Shown: positions 1 to 10,064, counted from the stretch's first letter. The stretch: 64,000 bases of DNA from Basidiobolus meristosporus CBS 931.73 (GCA_002104905.1 MCFE01000394.1:1-64000); one strand, 5' to 3'. A program made the numbers and translations. Notes: generated by a model from the letters alone, not told the origin.

Positions 1-824
1 ACTGGCCATAGAGGAAGAGCAGAAATACTCTGGTCTTTTCAACATCAGTGACTTTGGGGAAGGACCAATCAATACCTTCACTGCTTTAAAAGAAGCATTA
101 ATCTATATTCATGTAGCACACTACCTATGCAAAGTTTTGAAAGTGGAACTAGATGATTTCATGGTACCTAAGTCTTTAAAGGGGCAAATTCTTTTAATAT
201 AATCTGGAGCCCCAATGCATCAGTAGACATGACTGATTTGAACAAGAGTTGCTGATTGATGGCTAAGAGTATCAGCAAGTTGACGGTTAGCACAGTAGCA
301 ACAGATTAATATGATGGAGCAAAAAAAATGAGGCATTATGCACAACTACAACACTTGTATACTCTGACCATCAAAACTATTGATCAACCATGCATAGATA
401 CACTCCAAAGATGGTAACAATAATCTACATAATAAGAACAACATATACAAATATGAAGGATAAAAGCTCCTTGCCCACTTGACCATATTGTGGATGTGCA
501 ATACCAAAGAATAAAGTTTATATATATGCTATCCCTAGTAAGCTATCCATAGTAATCTATACAGAGTAGCATAAGAAAACAGATAAAGTGCCTAATTGAA
601 GGTTGCTTCATACGGCTATAAGAGTTGGCGTGTGATTTTGTCAAAAGTAGAAAGAACAATTCGTTCCAGCTCATTGTTACTCTTTACTCATATTCCTCGA
701 TCGAACTCTGCATGCATTCAGATAAGAAAGAATCACTACGGCATTAAATTACGTTTAGAAGCCCAAGCCACGCATACTATCGAGTTATATTGCACTCACC
801 ACACATACGACAAGTAGCAAAAAT

Positions 825-1062
825 CTATTCATGTGCATAGGCCAGTTGTTTTATAAGAGTATTCCTTGACATCTGGCTGAGAATACCATCGATGTAGTGT
901 CGAATATTCTGCGCATCTTCTTCCCTATTGGACAAGAACTTCTTCACCACTAGGCCGCTTTGTGGGTTTCTATCGGAGATTTGTGCTTGACGCATCCACG
1001 GGACTTCCAAAGACACTGGCGACCATTAGTAGAGCACAAGCTGCGGTAAGTTGCTTGTACAT
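825..1062 (-). pseudogene. Family A copy 1 (GYRW prepro-peptide), frameshifted and 3'-truncated
   Basis: ATG at 1062 reads MYKQLTAACALLMVASVFGSPVDASSTNLR* because of a 17-bp deletion. The other frame continues SDRNPQSGLVVKKFLSNREEDAQNIRHYIDGILSQMSRNT and then loses the Gly-rich tail. TATA-like TATATAAAT at 1082-1090. Confidence 0.9.
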
Positions 1063-1201
1063 TGTGAATGCTGAACACTCGATTTATATACTAAACCAGG
1101 TTAATAGACATTGCATTTACGACACTTCGCAGAATTGATGGGTTTCAATCGAATCTATGTTACAAGCATTAGGAAGAAACTATCAGAGCTTCTAGCTTTG
1201 T

Positions 1202-1293
1202 GCTTGAGGAACTATGAAAACTGCAGCTTGAGGAACTATGAAAACTGCAGCTTGAGGAACTATAAAAACTGCAGCTTGATGAACTATACAAAC
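1202..1293. repeat. 24-bp tandem repeat, about 3.8 units (GCTTGAGGAACTATGAAAACTGCA)
   Basis: Units start at 1202, 1226, 1250 and 1274 (last one partial and degenerate). Confidence 0.95.
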
Positions 1294-1404
1294 ATCACCG
1301 AGTGGCTTCTGTTAATTACAATGAGGCTTAGTATGGGGCGTTGCCTATTGAAAGTATGAAGTTGAGCATGAAACATTGACAATGTGATGTTTATTTAAGG
1401 TAAG

Positions 1405-1480
1405 GATGTGGTGAATTACCCAGAAACGTAGCGTCCTAATCTCCTTCCGTTGCTGCCATCAGAGTCGGTGTCTTCAGGAA
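1405..1480 (-). pseudogene. Heavily deleted remnant of a copy-3-like family A gene
   Basis: GTAAGGATGTGGTG and CAGAGTCGGTGTCTTCA match the 3' flank and pro-region of the gene at 3702-4121. Confidence 0.5.
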
Positions 1481-2393
1481 TGGAATGATGATGGAGCTTG
1501 ATAAACCTATCTAGTTACATCCAACTCCATTATTTATTCCTAGCCGGTTATTCATGCCACAGCACGCCCTGAAGTATATATGGAGTCAGTGTATAGCTCA
1601 GCTGAACGGTGGTATACGAAATATAAAGATTATTGTACTTCTGTACTTATATAATATATTCCCTTGTAGTGCATATAGTTCGTTTGATATTTGTATAGGC
1701 TGGTTCAAGCATTGAAGGATTCTTATCAAACAACGTCCATTTATTGCATCAAGTGAACATTTTTAGTTGTATAGTCTCATTTGTGAATATCTCCAATGAG
1801 TTGTAGCAAGCGTGTTCAAATATTGTAGAAAACATATACCTTTGAAACCTTATGATCTTCTATACACCAGAGATATGATGGTGTAAGTGTCAGTCAGTGA
1901 TCAGAGTGTAAGTAATAACTTGACTAGTAGCTTGATGTGATAAATACTTCATCATGAGTGTATTTATCTACCATAGCCGTCATGGTTAGATACACTCCAC
2001 AAAGCTCAGATGGTCACACGGTCTTGTCTTGGTCAAAATCCGTGTTTGAGGCAGACGTTTTTGAATCAGAATCCTCGTATGAAAGGCTTATCTACGCATC
2101 AACGGGGCATCAACGGGGCATCATCTTTCACCACCACTATCAGTTATATGCCCAACGGTAAGACTATAGAGATTTCAGTGAGTTATTTCACTCTACGATT
2201 ATATGCATGCATTCAATCAAAGCAACTATGCCATTTGTTTACGTATCGAAACCCAAGCCACACACACTATAACAAGTCATACACACGATAAAGTTGTATA
2301 TTATTCCCCTTCATTATCTTAGTAACTCTGCTTATCCCCTTATGGCTCTACACAATCTTCTTTAATATTCAATTCAACGGTGAAGTACTCACA

Positions 2394-2651
2394 ATACGAC
2401 TCAATACCGTTCTCTCCTCCTTAAACATGGTACTGCCAACCTGCGTATCAACCTTGGCTCATGGCAACACGTGACTGCCGGGCCATTGGATATTGTAAGC
2501 ATAACTCCCGGACCACCCGGCACCTCCGCCAAAGCAATCCTGTACCTTTCTGTGCAAGATTGCAACAGGAAAAGGACCAGGTTTGCTGCGATTACCTCGA
2601 AACTACGGAAAAGAAGTGACCGTTGGAGCAGTGAGAGTCTCTGCTAACTAG
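2394..2651 (+). pseudogene. Family C copy 1 (secreted 2-Cys protein), start lost and frameshifted
   Basis: ATG changed to ATA at 2394. Carries the same 146-bp deletion as the copies at 6443 and 9214, plus a further internal deletion. Ends GKEVTVGAVRVSAN-TAG. Confidence 0.85.
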
Positions 2652-2776
2652 CATTCTCAATAAGAGTCATAATCACATGGCCATTCACTATCAATAGATA
2701 AAATGCAACGGTACTTTATTCAAGCACACAGACAAGCTGTGTTGTTGGAGTGAATGAAAACCTTGATTGTTATTAT

Positions 2777-3226
2777 TTAGCAACCCCAGTCGCATCCACC
2801 ATACCCTCCATATCCCCCATAGCGTCCGTATCCCCACCGACCTCCATAACCACCGTAGCGACCGTAACCTCCTCGTCCCCAGTATCTGCCCCTCCGCCGC
2901 CCATATCCACCGTATCTCCCCCATAGCTGGGCCTCTTCAGGATTACCTTCCTCTTCCTCGACTCCTTGGTCGGCGCCTTGCTTGCTCGAGATAGTCTGAT
3001 CAAACGTATTCCTCGACATCTGGCCGAGAATGCCATCGATGTAGTGTCGAATATTCTGCGCATCCTCTTCCCTGTTGGACGAGAACTTCTTCACCATTTG
3101 ACCGCTTTGCGGGTTCTTATCGGAGATGGATGCGCTCGCTACATTTGTGCTTGACACATCTACGGGACTTCCAAAGGCACTAACGACCATTAGTAGAGCA
3201 CAAGCTGCGGTAAGTTGTTTGTACAT
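2777..3226 (-). CDS. Family A copy 2: 149-aa secreted prepro-peptide with a Gly/Arg/Tyr/Trp-rich C-terminal tail
   Basis: Intact ORF from MYKQ at 3226; this start aligns with all paralogues, so the longer ORF-track start is unlikely. Signal peptide MYKQLTAACALLMVVSAFG|SPV, acidic spacer EEEEGNPEEAQL, tail ending GGCDWGC. TATA box upstream. Confidence 0.92.
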   Translation of the reverse strand: MYKQLTAACALLMVVSAFGSPVDVSSTNVASASISDKNPQSGQMVKKFSSNREEDAQNIRHYIDGILGQMSRNTFDQTISSKQGADQGVEEEEGNPEEAQLWGRYGGYGRRRGRYWGRGGYGRYGGYGGRWGYGRYGGYGGYGGCDWGC

Positions 3227-3264
3227 TGTGAATGTTGAATACTCCAATAAAGCTCGGCACCAGC

Positions 3265-3273
3265 CTTTATATA
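3265..3273 (-). promoter_or_regulatory. TATA box of family A copy 2
   Basis: TATATAAAG about 40 nt upstream of the ATG; same motif at the same position in copy 4 (7337-7345) and copy 5 (near 10103-10111). Confidence 0.75.
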
Positions 3274-3457
3274 CAGGGACAGCTTTTGGCCAAGACGGAG
3301 GTTTATAGACATCACATCTAGGAAGCTTCGCGAAATTGATGGGTTTCGGACGAACGATATATTATATTTTGCATCTATTCTACAGGCATTAGGAAGATAC
3401 AATAAGAGCTTCTAGAGTAGTGTTATCATGCGAAAAAAAATGACTACTAACAGTACA

Positions 3458-3550
3458 CCATTAAAAGGTAAAAATTGACAGCATTGAAGGTAAAAATTGA
3501 CCGCATTTAAAGGTAAAGATTGGCACCATTTATGAAGATAATTGACAGCC
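3458..3550. repeat. Degenerate ~23-bp tandem repeat, about 4 units (CATT..AAGGTAAAAATTGAC)
   Basis: AAGGTAAAAATTGAC and variants recur at about 3465, 3487, 3510 and 3535. Confidence 0.85.
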
Positions 3551-3701
3551 AAACTGCAATAAGACTTATCTTTGCCTAGACATCCACCTTATCCATACAC
3601 ATATCCGACTTTCTCTCCATGCTGCAGCTTGGTAAACATCACTGATTAATTACGATGAGCATTGTCATTATGATGTTTATTAAAAGTAAGGATGTAGTGC
3701 A

Positions 3702-4121
3702 TTAGCAACCCCAGTCGCATCCACCATAGCCACCATATCCCCCGTAGCGCCCATATCCCCATCGGCCTCCGTAGCCACCATAGCGACCGTAACGTCCTCG
3801 TCCCCAGTATCTGCTTCCCCATCTTCCATAGCCACCATATCTACCCCAAAGCTCGGCCTCTTCAGAGTCAGTGTCTTCACTTGTAGGAGACGCTTGTTCA
3901 TCTGCCAACCCACCGCCTGACATTTGGCCGAATATGTCGTCAAGAATGGCGCGAGCATCTTCGTCTTTTGTGGACTGGAATTGTGTTATCATTTTGCCGC
4001 TTTGTGGGTCCCGGATGGAGATGGAAGCACTTGCTACATTGGTTGCTTCTGGCTGCACAGGGGTTGCCACCGCATATGAGGCAATTAGGAGAGCAAAGGT
4101 GACGGAGAAGTGCTTTTACAT
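3702..4121 (-). pseudogene. Family A copy 3: divergent paralogue with an in-frame stop at codon 2 (ATG TAA), otherwise intact
   Basis: ATG 4121-4119, TAA 4118-4116, then KHFSVTFALLIASYAVATPVQPEA... in frame with the 3702-4070 ORF. The last 36 aa are identical to copy 4. Could be a real nonsense allele or a sequencing error. Confidence 0.8.
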
Positions 4122-4399
4122 TGTGAATCTGAATGAAGCACTTGAGCTGATTATGAGTATATATACCCGCACAGCATTAAAGACACTCAACTTTACCTCT
4201 GCCTTCAGTGGGAAGCGCTGCGGGTGATCCATTTGGCTGTTCAATAGAAGCTGTTTAGTGGCTCTTCATTCAATCAAACACGCAATACACAACAAAAAGC
4301 TTAAAAAGATCATTTGTTTAGCAGATATGTTACAGGTTAGCCACCTCCATATTAACCATATGCTAATATTGATTGTGTGAACTTCCAGTTGCAGTCATC

Positions 4400-6050
4400 T
4401 CCATGTACCAATGTATCCTGTCACTGTAGCGTCATTATCCCTTTCTGTTGATGCCATAGATTCCTTTATATCTTCATATTTACTGAAGAATGGCATGATT
4501 GATGACATCTCTTGAGCCAACTCCAGCATTTATTCCCAGTCGGTTACACATACAGTTAACCTGCCGCAGTAAATCCTGAAGAATATACTTGGTCGGTGTA
4601 TGGTAAGCGGAATTAGTAAGCTCCAAGTTAGGCTGCGATAATATAAAAATTAGTGTACTTATCGAATATATTCTCAGTGCATATAGCTTGTTGTAAGTTC
4701 ATGCTAGCTGATATTGGAAGGGGCTGCGGTTCAAGCACTGAGAACTAGCTGCGATCATTATTACTAAATGACAACCATTGATTGCCTCAAGTATTCCATT
4801 TTCATTCTTAGTTGTACAGTATCTGTTGCAAATATCTTCAAATATTGGGATATTGTGGAGAATATAGGGTACTTGATAGTACAACACTGATTTAGAAGTG
4901 TCTAAAATGATGAAAGCAGAGGCCTATTACACCTGGGCAGCCTTTAAGCAACTTTCAATCATCAATTACATAAAGAACTGCTCACCAAGGAGTCGATGTA
5001 AGTTCAAAATCCCTACTGCAGGCTAACTCCAATAGCCAACAGTATGGATCAAGGAGCTATCAGCACCATTCTATATGCTATAAGATTATTTATTGCAAAA
5101 ACATGAGTTGGAATGCCGCCTAGAACAAGTTTACTGAGCTTATGTTTTACCAGTAGCTTTAGAGCAATGGAGAGTTCCTACTCTTGCTTATCAGTGTTCA
5201 AAATAACACCAAATTACTATATGAAGCAGAGTCCTATGCAGTACAGCTGTATATCTGGTAGCTACCTGCAGAGGGAGTACAAAGCAAGTCATGTGTTGGT
5301 ATTTGGCTTTCTGCAGAAGGCAATTATTGACAAGAAATAATGATTAAGCATGGCCTATTTATGCTAGTGTGCTGTAATCAGCTAAACAGTAGGAGCCTCT
5401 CTGAAAGACAGCTGGAGCACCGTACAAAGCATGCCAATGTCCCAGTATATTGAGACTTTAGCCATACCTGTGAAGGAAACTGTTCATAACAGCAAGTGCT
5501 GAGGCCACTGCACTGCTGTGGAGAATACTGAAGAGGTAATAATATTTTGAGTATGACTACAATAAACCTTATGATCGTCTATGTAAGTATCAGTAGGTAA
5601 TAACTTGGCAAGTGGAATGCTGCCAGCTTGATGTGATAGATGCTCCATCTTACCATCAGGCGCCAAAGTAAGTTTATTTATCTATCATAGCCATCATAGT
5701 TATCGAACAAACGCTCAAAAGATACTCTCCACAAAGCTCAGATGGTCATAAGATCTTATCCGTGCTGTGGGGCAGACGAGAGGTTGAATCAGAATCCTCG
5801 TATGGAAGCCGGTGAGGGACAGCCGTGGTAGGGAGTGATGGAGGTTCAATAGGACGTAATCCCCGTCTCTCATCGCGTATCTCCCCGGTTTTGTCCCCAC
5901 GTCTTTAGCAAAGTCTTCGAGAACCCCGACCTCGTGGAACCTTTCACTAAGCAATGATACTTACATTTCACTTGGGATAAATACCTAAGTAGGTAAAGCC
6001 TTTCACCTTATCCACGCATCAACCGGGCGTGTCTTTCACCACCACTATAA
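4400..6050 (-). pseudogene. Possible relic of an unidentified protein-coding gene (partial second copy at about 1600-2150)
   Basis: Broken ORF pieces (5715-5954, 5484-5666, 4699-4887) keep similar peptides in the 1.6-2.1 kb duplicate (FHTRILIQ...DHLSFVE; AING...QCLN...LYAL). No family recognised. Confidence 0.3.
4865..5530. mobile_element. CpG-poor insertion absent from the paralogous segment near 1830
   Basis: Similarity to 1600-1860 stops near 4865 and resumes near 5560. The insert has few CpG, and TGTGGAGAATA occurs near both ends. Confidence 0.35.
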
Positions 6051-6442
6051 GTAATGGAAAGGCTATAAAGATTCGTGTTTTGAATAGATTTCCACAAGAG
6101 CCAGTGAGTTCTTTCACTCTACGAATATATATGCATGCATTCGATCCGGTTTTATACTTACAGCGAATAGAAATTCAAGCCACGCACACTAAAACAAGCT
6201 ACTCATACTATAAAATTGTAGCGCCCGTACTTCACTTGACTTAAGCCTTATTATGTTACTAGTAGCAAGGAACGGGCTCGCTTGGCTAGAAACTGAAGTG
6301 AGGGTAATACACCCAGGAGTGATCAAATATTCCCCTTCATTGCCATGGTAACTCTGCCTATCTCTCCTTGCCTACCGTCCCTATCCCCTTAAAGCTCTAT
6401 ACAGTCCTCTTCAGTATCCAATTTAGTGGTGAAATACACACA

Positions 6443-6723
6443 ATGCGATTCAATACCCTTCTCTGCTCCTTAACTGTGGCACTGCTAACCCGCATACCAA
6501 CATCAGCTCATGTCAACACGTGACCTGCGAACCGGTAGATATCACAAGCATCACTTCCGGTCCACCCGGCACCTCCGCCAAAGTAATCCTGTACCCTTCC
6601 CTGCAAGATTGCAACCGTAAAAGGAACACGACTGCTACGATTACCTCTAAACAACTCGAGATATACATCGCGAAGTACGGAAAAGAAGTGACCGTTGGAG
6701 CAGTGAGAGTCTCTGCCAACTAG
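6443..6723 (+). pseudogene. Family C copy 2, frameshifted by a 146-bp deletion
   Basis: MRFNTLLCSLTVALLTRIPTSAHVNT*; the C-terminal ORF (6520-6723) is in another frame. Confidence 0.85.
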
Positions 6724-6848
6724 CATTCTCAATAAGAGTCATAATCACATGGCCATTCACTATCAACAGATAAAATGCAACGGTACTTTATTCAAGCACA
6801 CAGACAAGCTGTGTTGTTGGAGTGATTGAAAGCCTTGATTCTTATTAT

Positions 6849-7298
6849 TCAGCAACCCCAGTCGCATCCACCATACCCTCCATATCCCCCGTAGCGTCCA
6901 TATCCCCATCGACCTCCATAACCACCGTAGCGACCGTAGCGTCCTCGTCCCCAGTATCTGCCCCTCCGCCGCCCATATCCACCGTATCTCCCCCATAGCT
7001 GGGCCTCTTCAGGATTGCCCTCCTCTTCCTCGACATCTTGGTCGGCGTCTTGCTTATCTGAGAGGGTCTGATCGAACGTATTTCTTGACATCTGGCCGAG
7101 AATGCCATCGATGTAGTGTCGAATATTCTGCGCATCCTCTTCCTTGTTGGACGAGAACCTCTTCACCACTTGGCCACTTTGTGGATCCCTATCGGAGATG
7201 GATGCGCTCGCTACATTTGTGCTTGACACATCCACGGGACTTCCAAAGGCACTGACGACCATTAGTAGAGCACAAGCTGCGGTAAGTTGTTTGTACAT
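6849..7298 (-). CDS. Family A copy 4: intact 149-aa secreted GYRW prepro-peptide
   Basis: Full ORF with signal peptide, a KR dibasic site (VVKR|FSS), acidic spacer and tail WGRYGGYGRRRGRYWGRGRYGRYGGYGGRWGYGRYGGYGGYGGCDWGC. TATA box at 7337-7345. Confidence 0.93.
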   Translation of the reverse strand: MYKQLTAACALLMVVSAFGSPVDVSSTNVASASISDRDPQSGQVVKRFSSNKEEDAQNIRHYIDGILGQMSRNTFDQTLSDKQDADQDVEEEEGNPEEAQLWGRYGGYGRRRGRYWGRGRYGRYGGYGGRWGYGRYGGYGGYGGCDWGC

Positions 7299-7658
7299 TG
7301 TGAATGTTGAATACTCAAATAAAGCTCAGTACCAGTCTTTATATACAGATACAAGATGGAGGTTGATTGATATCGCATCTAGGAAGCTTCAGTCAAATGA
7401 TGTAGTATATTTTGGAGGCAACCACCGCAGCCAAAGTACAAACACTCGATTTCTGTTAACAACAACACTAGTCGTGGTATAGAGATTTCTATACTATGTT
7501 ATATGAAAGTGGCAAGTACTTATCTCGTAAACGGAAATGGGTAGATAAACAGCGAGAGCCTCAAAAGAGAGCCTCAAAAATTGCCATTTATTTTGCATGA
7601 TTTAGAGTTGTGGATGATCGCAATATTAGTAGTAAGCTTAACAGCATGATGTATTAAA

Positions 7659-7849
7659 TTAGCAGCTCAAGCAAACCCTCCAAGTTCCCAGCGACCATCG
7701 TAGTCCCCGAAGTGACCATAACGACCTCGTCACCTGCCCTCTCTGGTGCGAGCACCTTCTTCCTACACACCGTTTCCCGGCTTTGGAGAAGAGATGGATA
7801 CACTTGTCACATTAAGAAGTATTAGAACGATGGAAAAGTACTTGCGCAT
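7659..7849 (-). pseudogene. Family B copy 1 (degenerate relative of family A)
   Basis: MRKYFSIVLILLNVTSVSISSPKPGNGV*, followed by RGRYGHFGDYDGRW, which resembles the family A tail. Confidence 0.7.
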
Positions 7850-8410
7850 GGTGAACACCAAAGGATAAACGGAGCCTACTCTTGTGTATCTTTTACGTTA
7901 TCAATCCCATACTGGTCATCTTTTTCTTGGGCCACCACCATCTGATTCCTTCACAAGGAGATGAATGAGTGGGCTACGAGTGGGTAATACCTATGTGTAA
8001 CACTCAATACTAAGCATGCACTCAAAATTTAAAGCTGAAGTGTAACAGAAACTACAACGCTTTATTTACGCCTAGATCGCACTCACCATAATCGGTGTAA
8101 CGATACTAATGGAAGTGAGCAGGCAACGCATCCGTGCCACATATGCAAGCCAACACTAGTCATCCCAGTGTAATCGAACAATACAAGGAGCATTGCTTGA
8201 GTTAGATAGTTTCTCTAAAAAAAAAGTGCTTAGCCCAAAGCGAATTTGGAAATCTCGGAGTGAATACATTAGTACAGAATATTCCGCTTCATCATGGTGG
8301 CTCAGCCTGTCTCTCCTTACAAGCCGGGCTAATTTCCTATAAAATCGCTTACAATGCTCACCTTGTTCATCAGACGTACACACAGAAGCACACACACCGA
8401 GGCACACACA

Positions 8411-8837
8411 ATGCGATTCAGTACCGTTTTCTGCTCCTTGACCATGGCACTACTAGCCTGCACAACAACTTCAGCACAATCCTCTAGTGCGTTACTAAGT
8501 ATGTAATCAGTGTATAACTCAACTAGCCGCAACCAGTGAGCCTTACTAACCAAATACTTACAATATAGAATTGGTGAATACTCCTGAAGATACTGCACAG
8601 CAACTACCATTCTCAGCTGGCTCATGCCAACGCGTGACCTTTGGACCGGTGGATACTGCCAGCATCACCCCCGAATCACCCAGTACCTCTGCCCAAGCCA
8701 TCTTGTATCCTTCTCTGCAAGATTGTAACAATCGCAGGAACAGGATTGCTGCTATAACATCCAATCAACTCGAGGTACATATCGCGAAGAACGGAAAAGA
8801 AGTGACTGTTGGAGCAGTAAGAGTATCTGTCAGCTAG
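8411..8837 (+). CDS. Family C copy 3: intact two-exon gene for a 118-aa secreted protein with two mature-region Cys (exon 1 8411-8498, intron 8499-8568, exon 2 8569-8837)
   Basis: Exon 1 encodes MRFSTVFCSLTMALLACTTTSAQSSSALL. The 70-nt intron has a GTATGT donor, TACTAAC branch point (8544-8550) and TAG acceptor. Splicing joins in frame to KLVNTPEDTAQQLPFSAGSCQRV...QDCNN...GAVRVSVS*. Confidence 0.9.
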
Positions 8838-9213
8838 CATCCTCAATAAACCGCATTGTTCAGTCAGGAGTTACAAAGAATGCATCCCATTAGATATACA
8901 CAGCCAGAATGAAAGAGCAACTGTAACAGACTAGTGAACGAAAGCCTAGAATACGCCTACATATCATTATGATTATCCAGCAAAAGGTGAATGGAGTGTA
9001 TCCTCCGTAGCAACCGCAACGTCTTTGTGATACTAATAGCAAGGCACCGGCTCTCTTGGCTAGAAACTAAAGTAATGGTGATTCTTCCAATAATCAAATA
9101 TTCCCCTTCATTATCATGGTAACTCTGCCTGTCTCTCCTTGCCAACCGTTTCTATCCCCTTAAAGCTCTATACAGTCCTCTTCAGTATTCAATTCAGTGG
9201 TGAAACACACACA

Positions 9214-9494
9214 ATGCAATTCAAATCCGTTCTCTGCTCCTTAACCGTGGCACTGCTAACACACATATCAACCTTGGCTCATGCCAACACGTGATCTACG
9301 AACCGGTAGATACCGCAAGCATCACTTCCGGACCGCCCAGCACCTTCGCCAAAGCGATCCTGTACCCTTCTCTGCAAGATTGTAACAGGAAAAGGAACAG
9401 GATTGCTACGATTACCTCCAAACAACTCGAGATACACATCGCGAAGTACGGAAAAGAAGTGACCGTTGGAGCAGTGAGAGTTTCTGCCAGCTAG
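9214..9494 (+). pseudogene. Family C copy 4, frameshifted by the shared 146-bp deletion
   Basis: MQFKSVLCSLTVALLTHISTLAHANT*; the C-terminal ORF 9291-9494 is in another frame. Confidence 0.85.
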
Positions 9495-9631
9495 CACTCT
9501 CAATAAGAGTCATAATCACATGGCCATTCACTACCGATAGATAAAATGCAACGGTACTTTATTCAAGCACACAGACAAGCTGTGTTGTTGGAGTGAATGA
9601 AAGCCTTGATCCTTGTTATTAAGGAGTTTAC

Positions 9632-10064
9632 TCAGCAACCCCAGTCGCATCCACCGTACCCTCCATATCCCCCGTAGCGTCCATATCCCCACCGACCTCC
9701 ATAACCACCGTAGCGACCGTAACGTCCTCGTCCCCAGTATCTGCCCCTCCGCCGCCCATATCCGCCGCATCTCCCCCATAGCTCGGCCTCTTCAGGATTG
9801 CCCTCCTCTTCCTGGACTCCTTGGTCGGCATCTTGCTTATCCGAGAGGGTCTGATCGAACGTATTTCTTGACATCTGGCCGAGAATGCCATCAATATAGT
9901 GCCGAATATTCTGCGCATCCTCCTCCTTGTTGGACGAGAACCTCTTCACCACTTGGCCGCTTTGTGGATCCCTATCGGAGATTTGTGCTTGACACATCCA
10001 CAGGACTTCCAAAGGCACTGACGACCGTTAATAGAGCACAAGCTGCGGTAAGTTGTTTGTACAT
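9632..10064 (-). pseudogene. Family A copy 5, frameshifted by a 17-bp deletion
   Basis: 433 bp = 450 - 17. Reads MYKQLTAACALLTVVSAFGSPVDVSSTNLR*; the rest of the protein is intact in a shifted frame (one Tyr-to-Cys change in the tail). Confidence 0.9.

Larger units (their letters stand above)
6255..8530 (+). repeat. Segmental tandem duplication, unit 1 (C-pseudo, A, B-pseudo, C exon 1)
   Basis: Collinear with about 9030-11240. The C-pseudo/A part also matches about 2300-3350. Confidence 0.9.

Noticed and set aside
2691-3154. Overlapping ORFs on and opposite family A genes (2691-2924, 2767-2994, 2773-3063, and equivalents such as 9613-10146)
   Set aside because: Shadow frames of a repetitive Gly-rich coding sequence; no signal peptide or independent conservation.
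6443-6723. Intron-less C copies as processed retrogenes
   Set aside because: They lose 76 nt of exon along with the intron, keep the upstream promoter region and have no poly(A) tail.
2777-7298. Dikaritin-type or other RiPP precursor cluster
   Set aside because: No repeated KR-flanked core peptides and no DUF3328, tyrosinase, methyltransferase or peptidase genes in the window; not excluded if enzymes act in trans.
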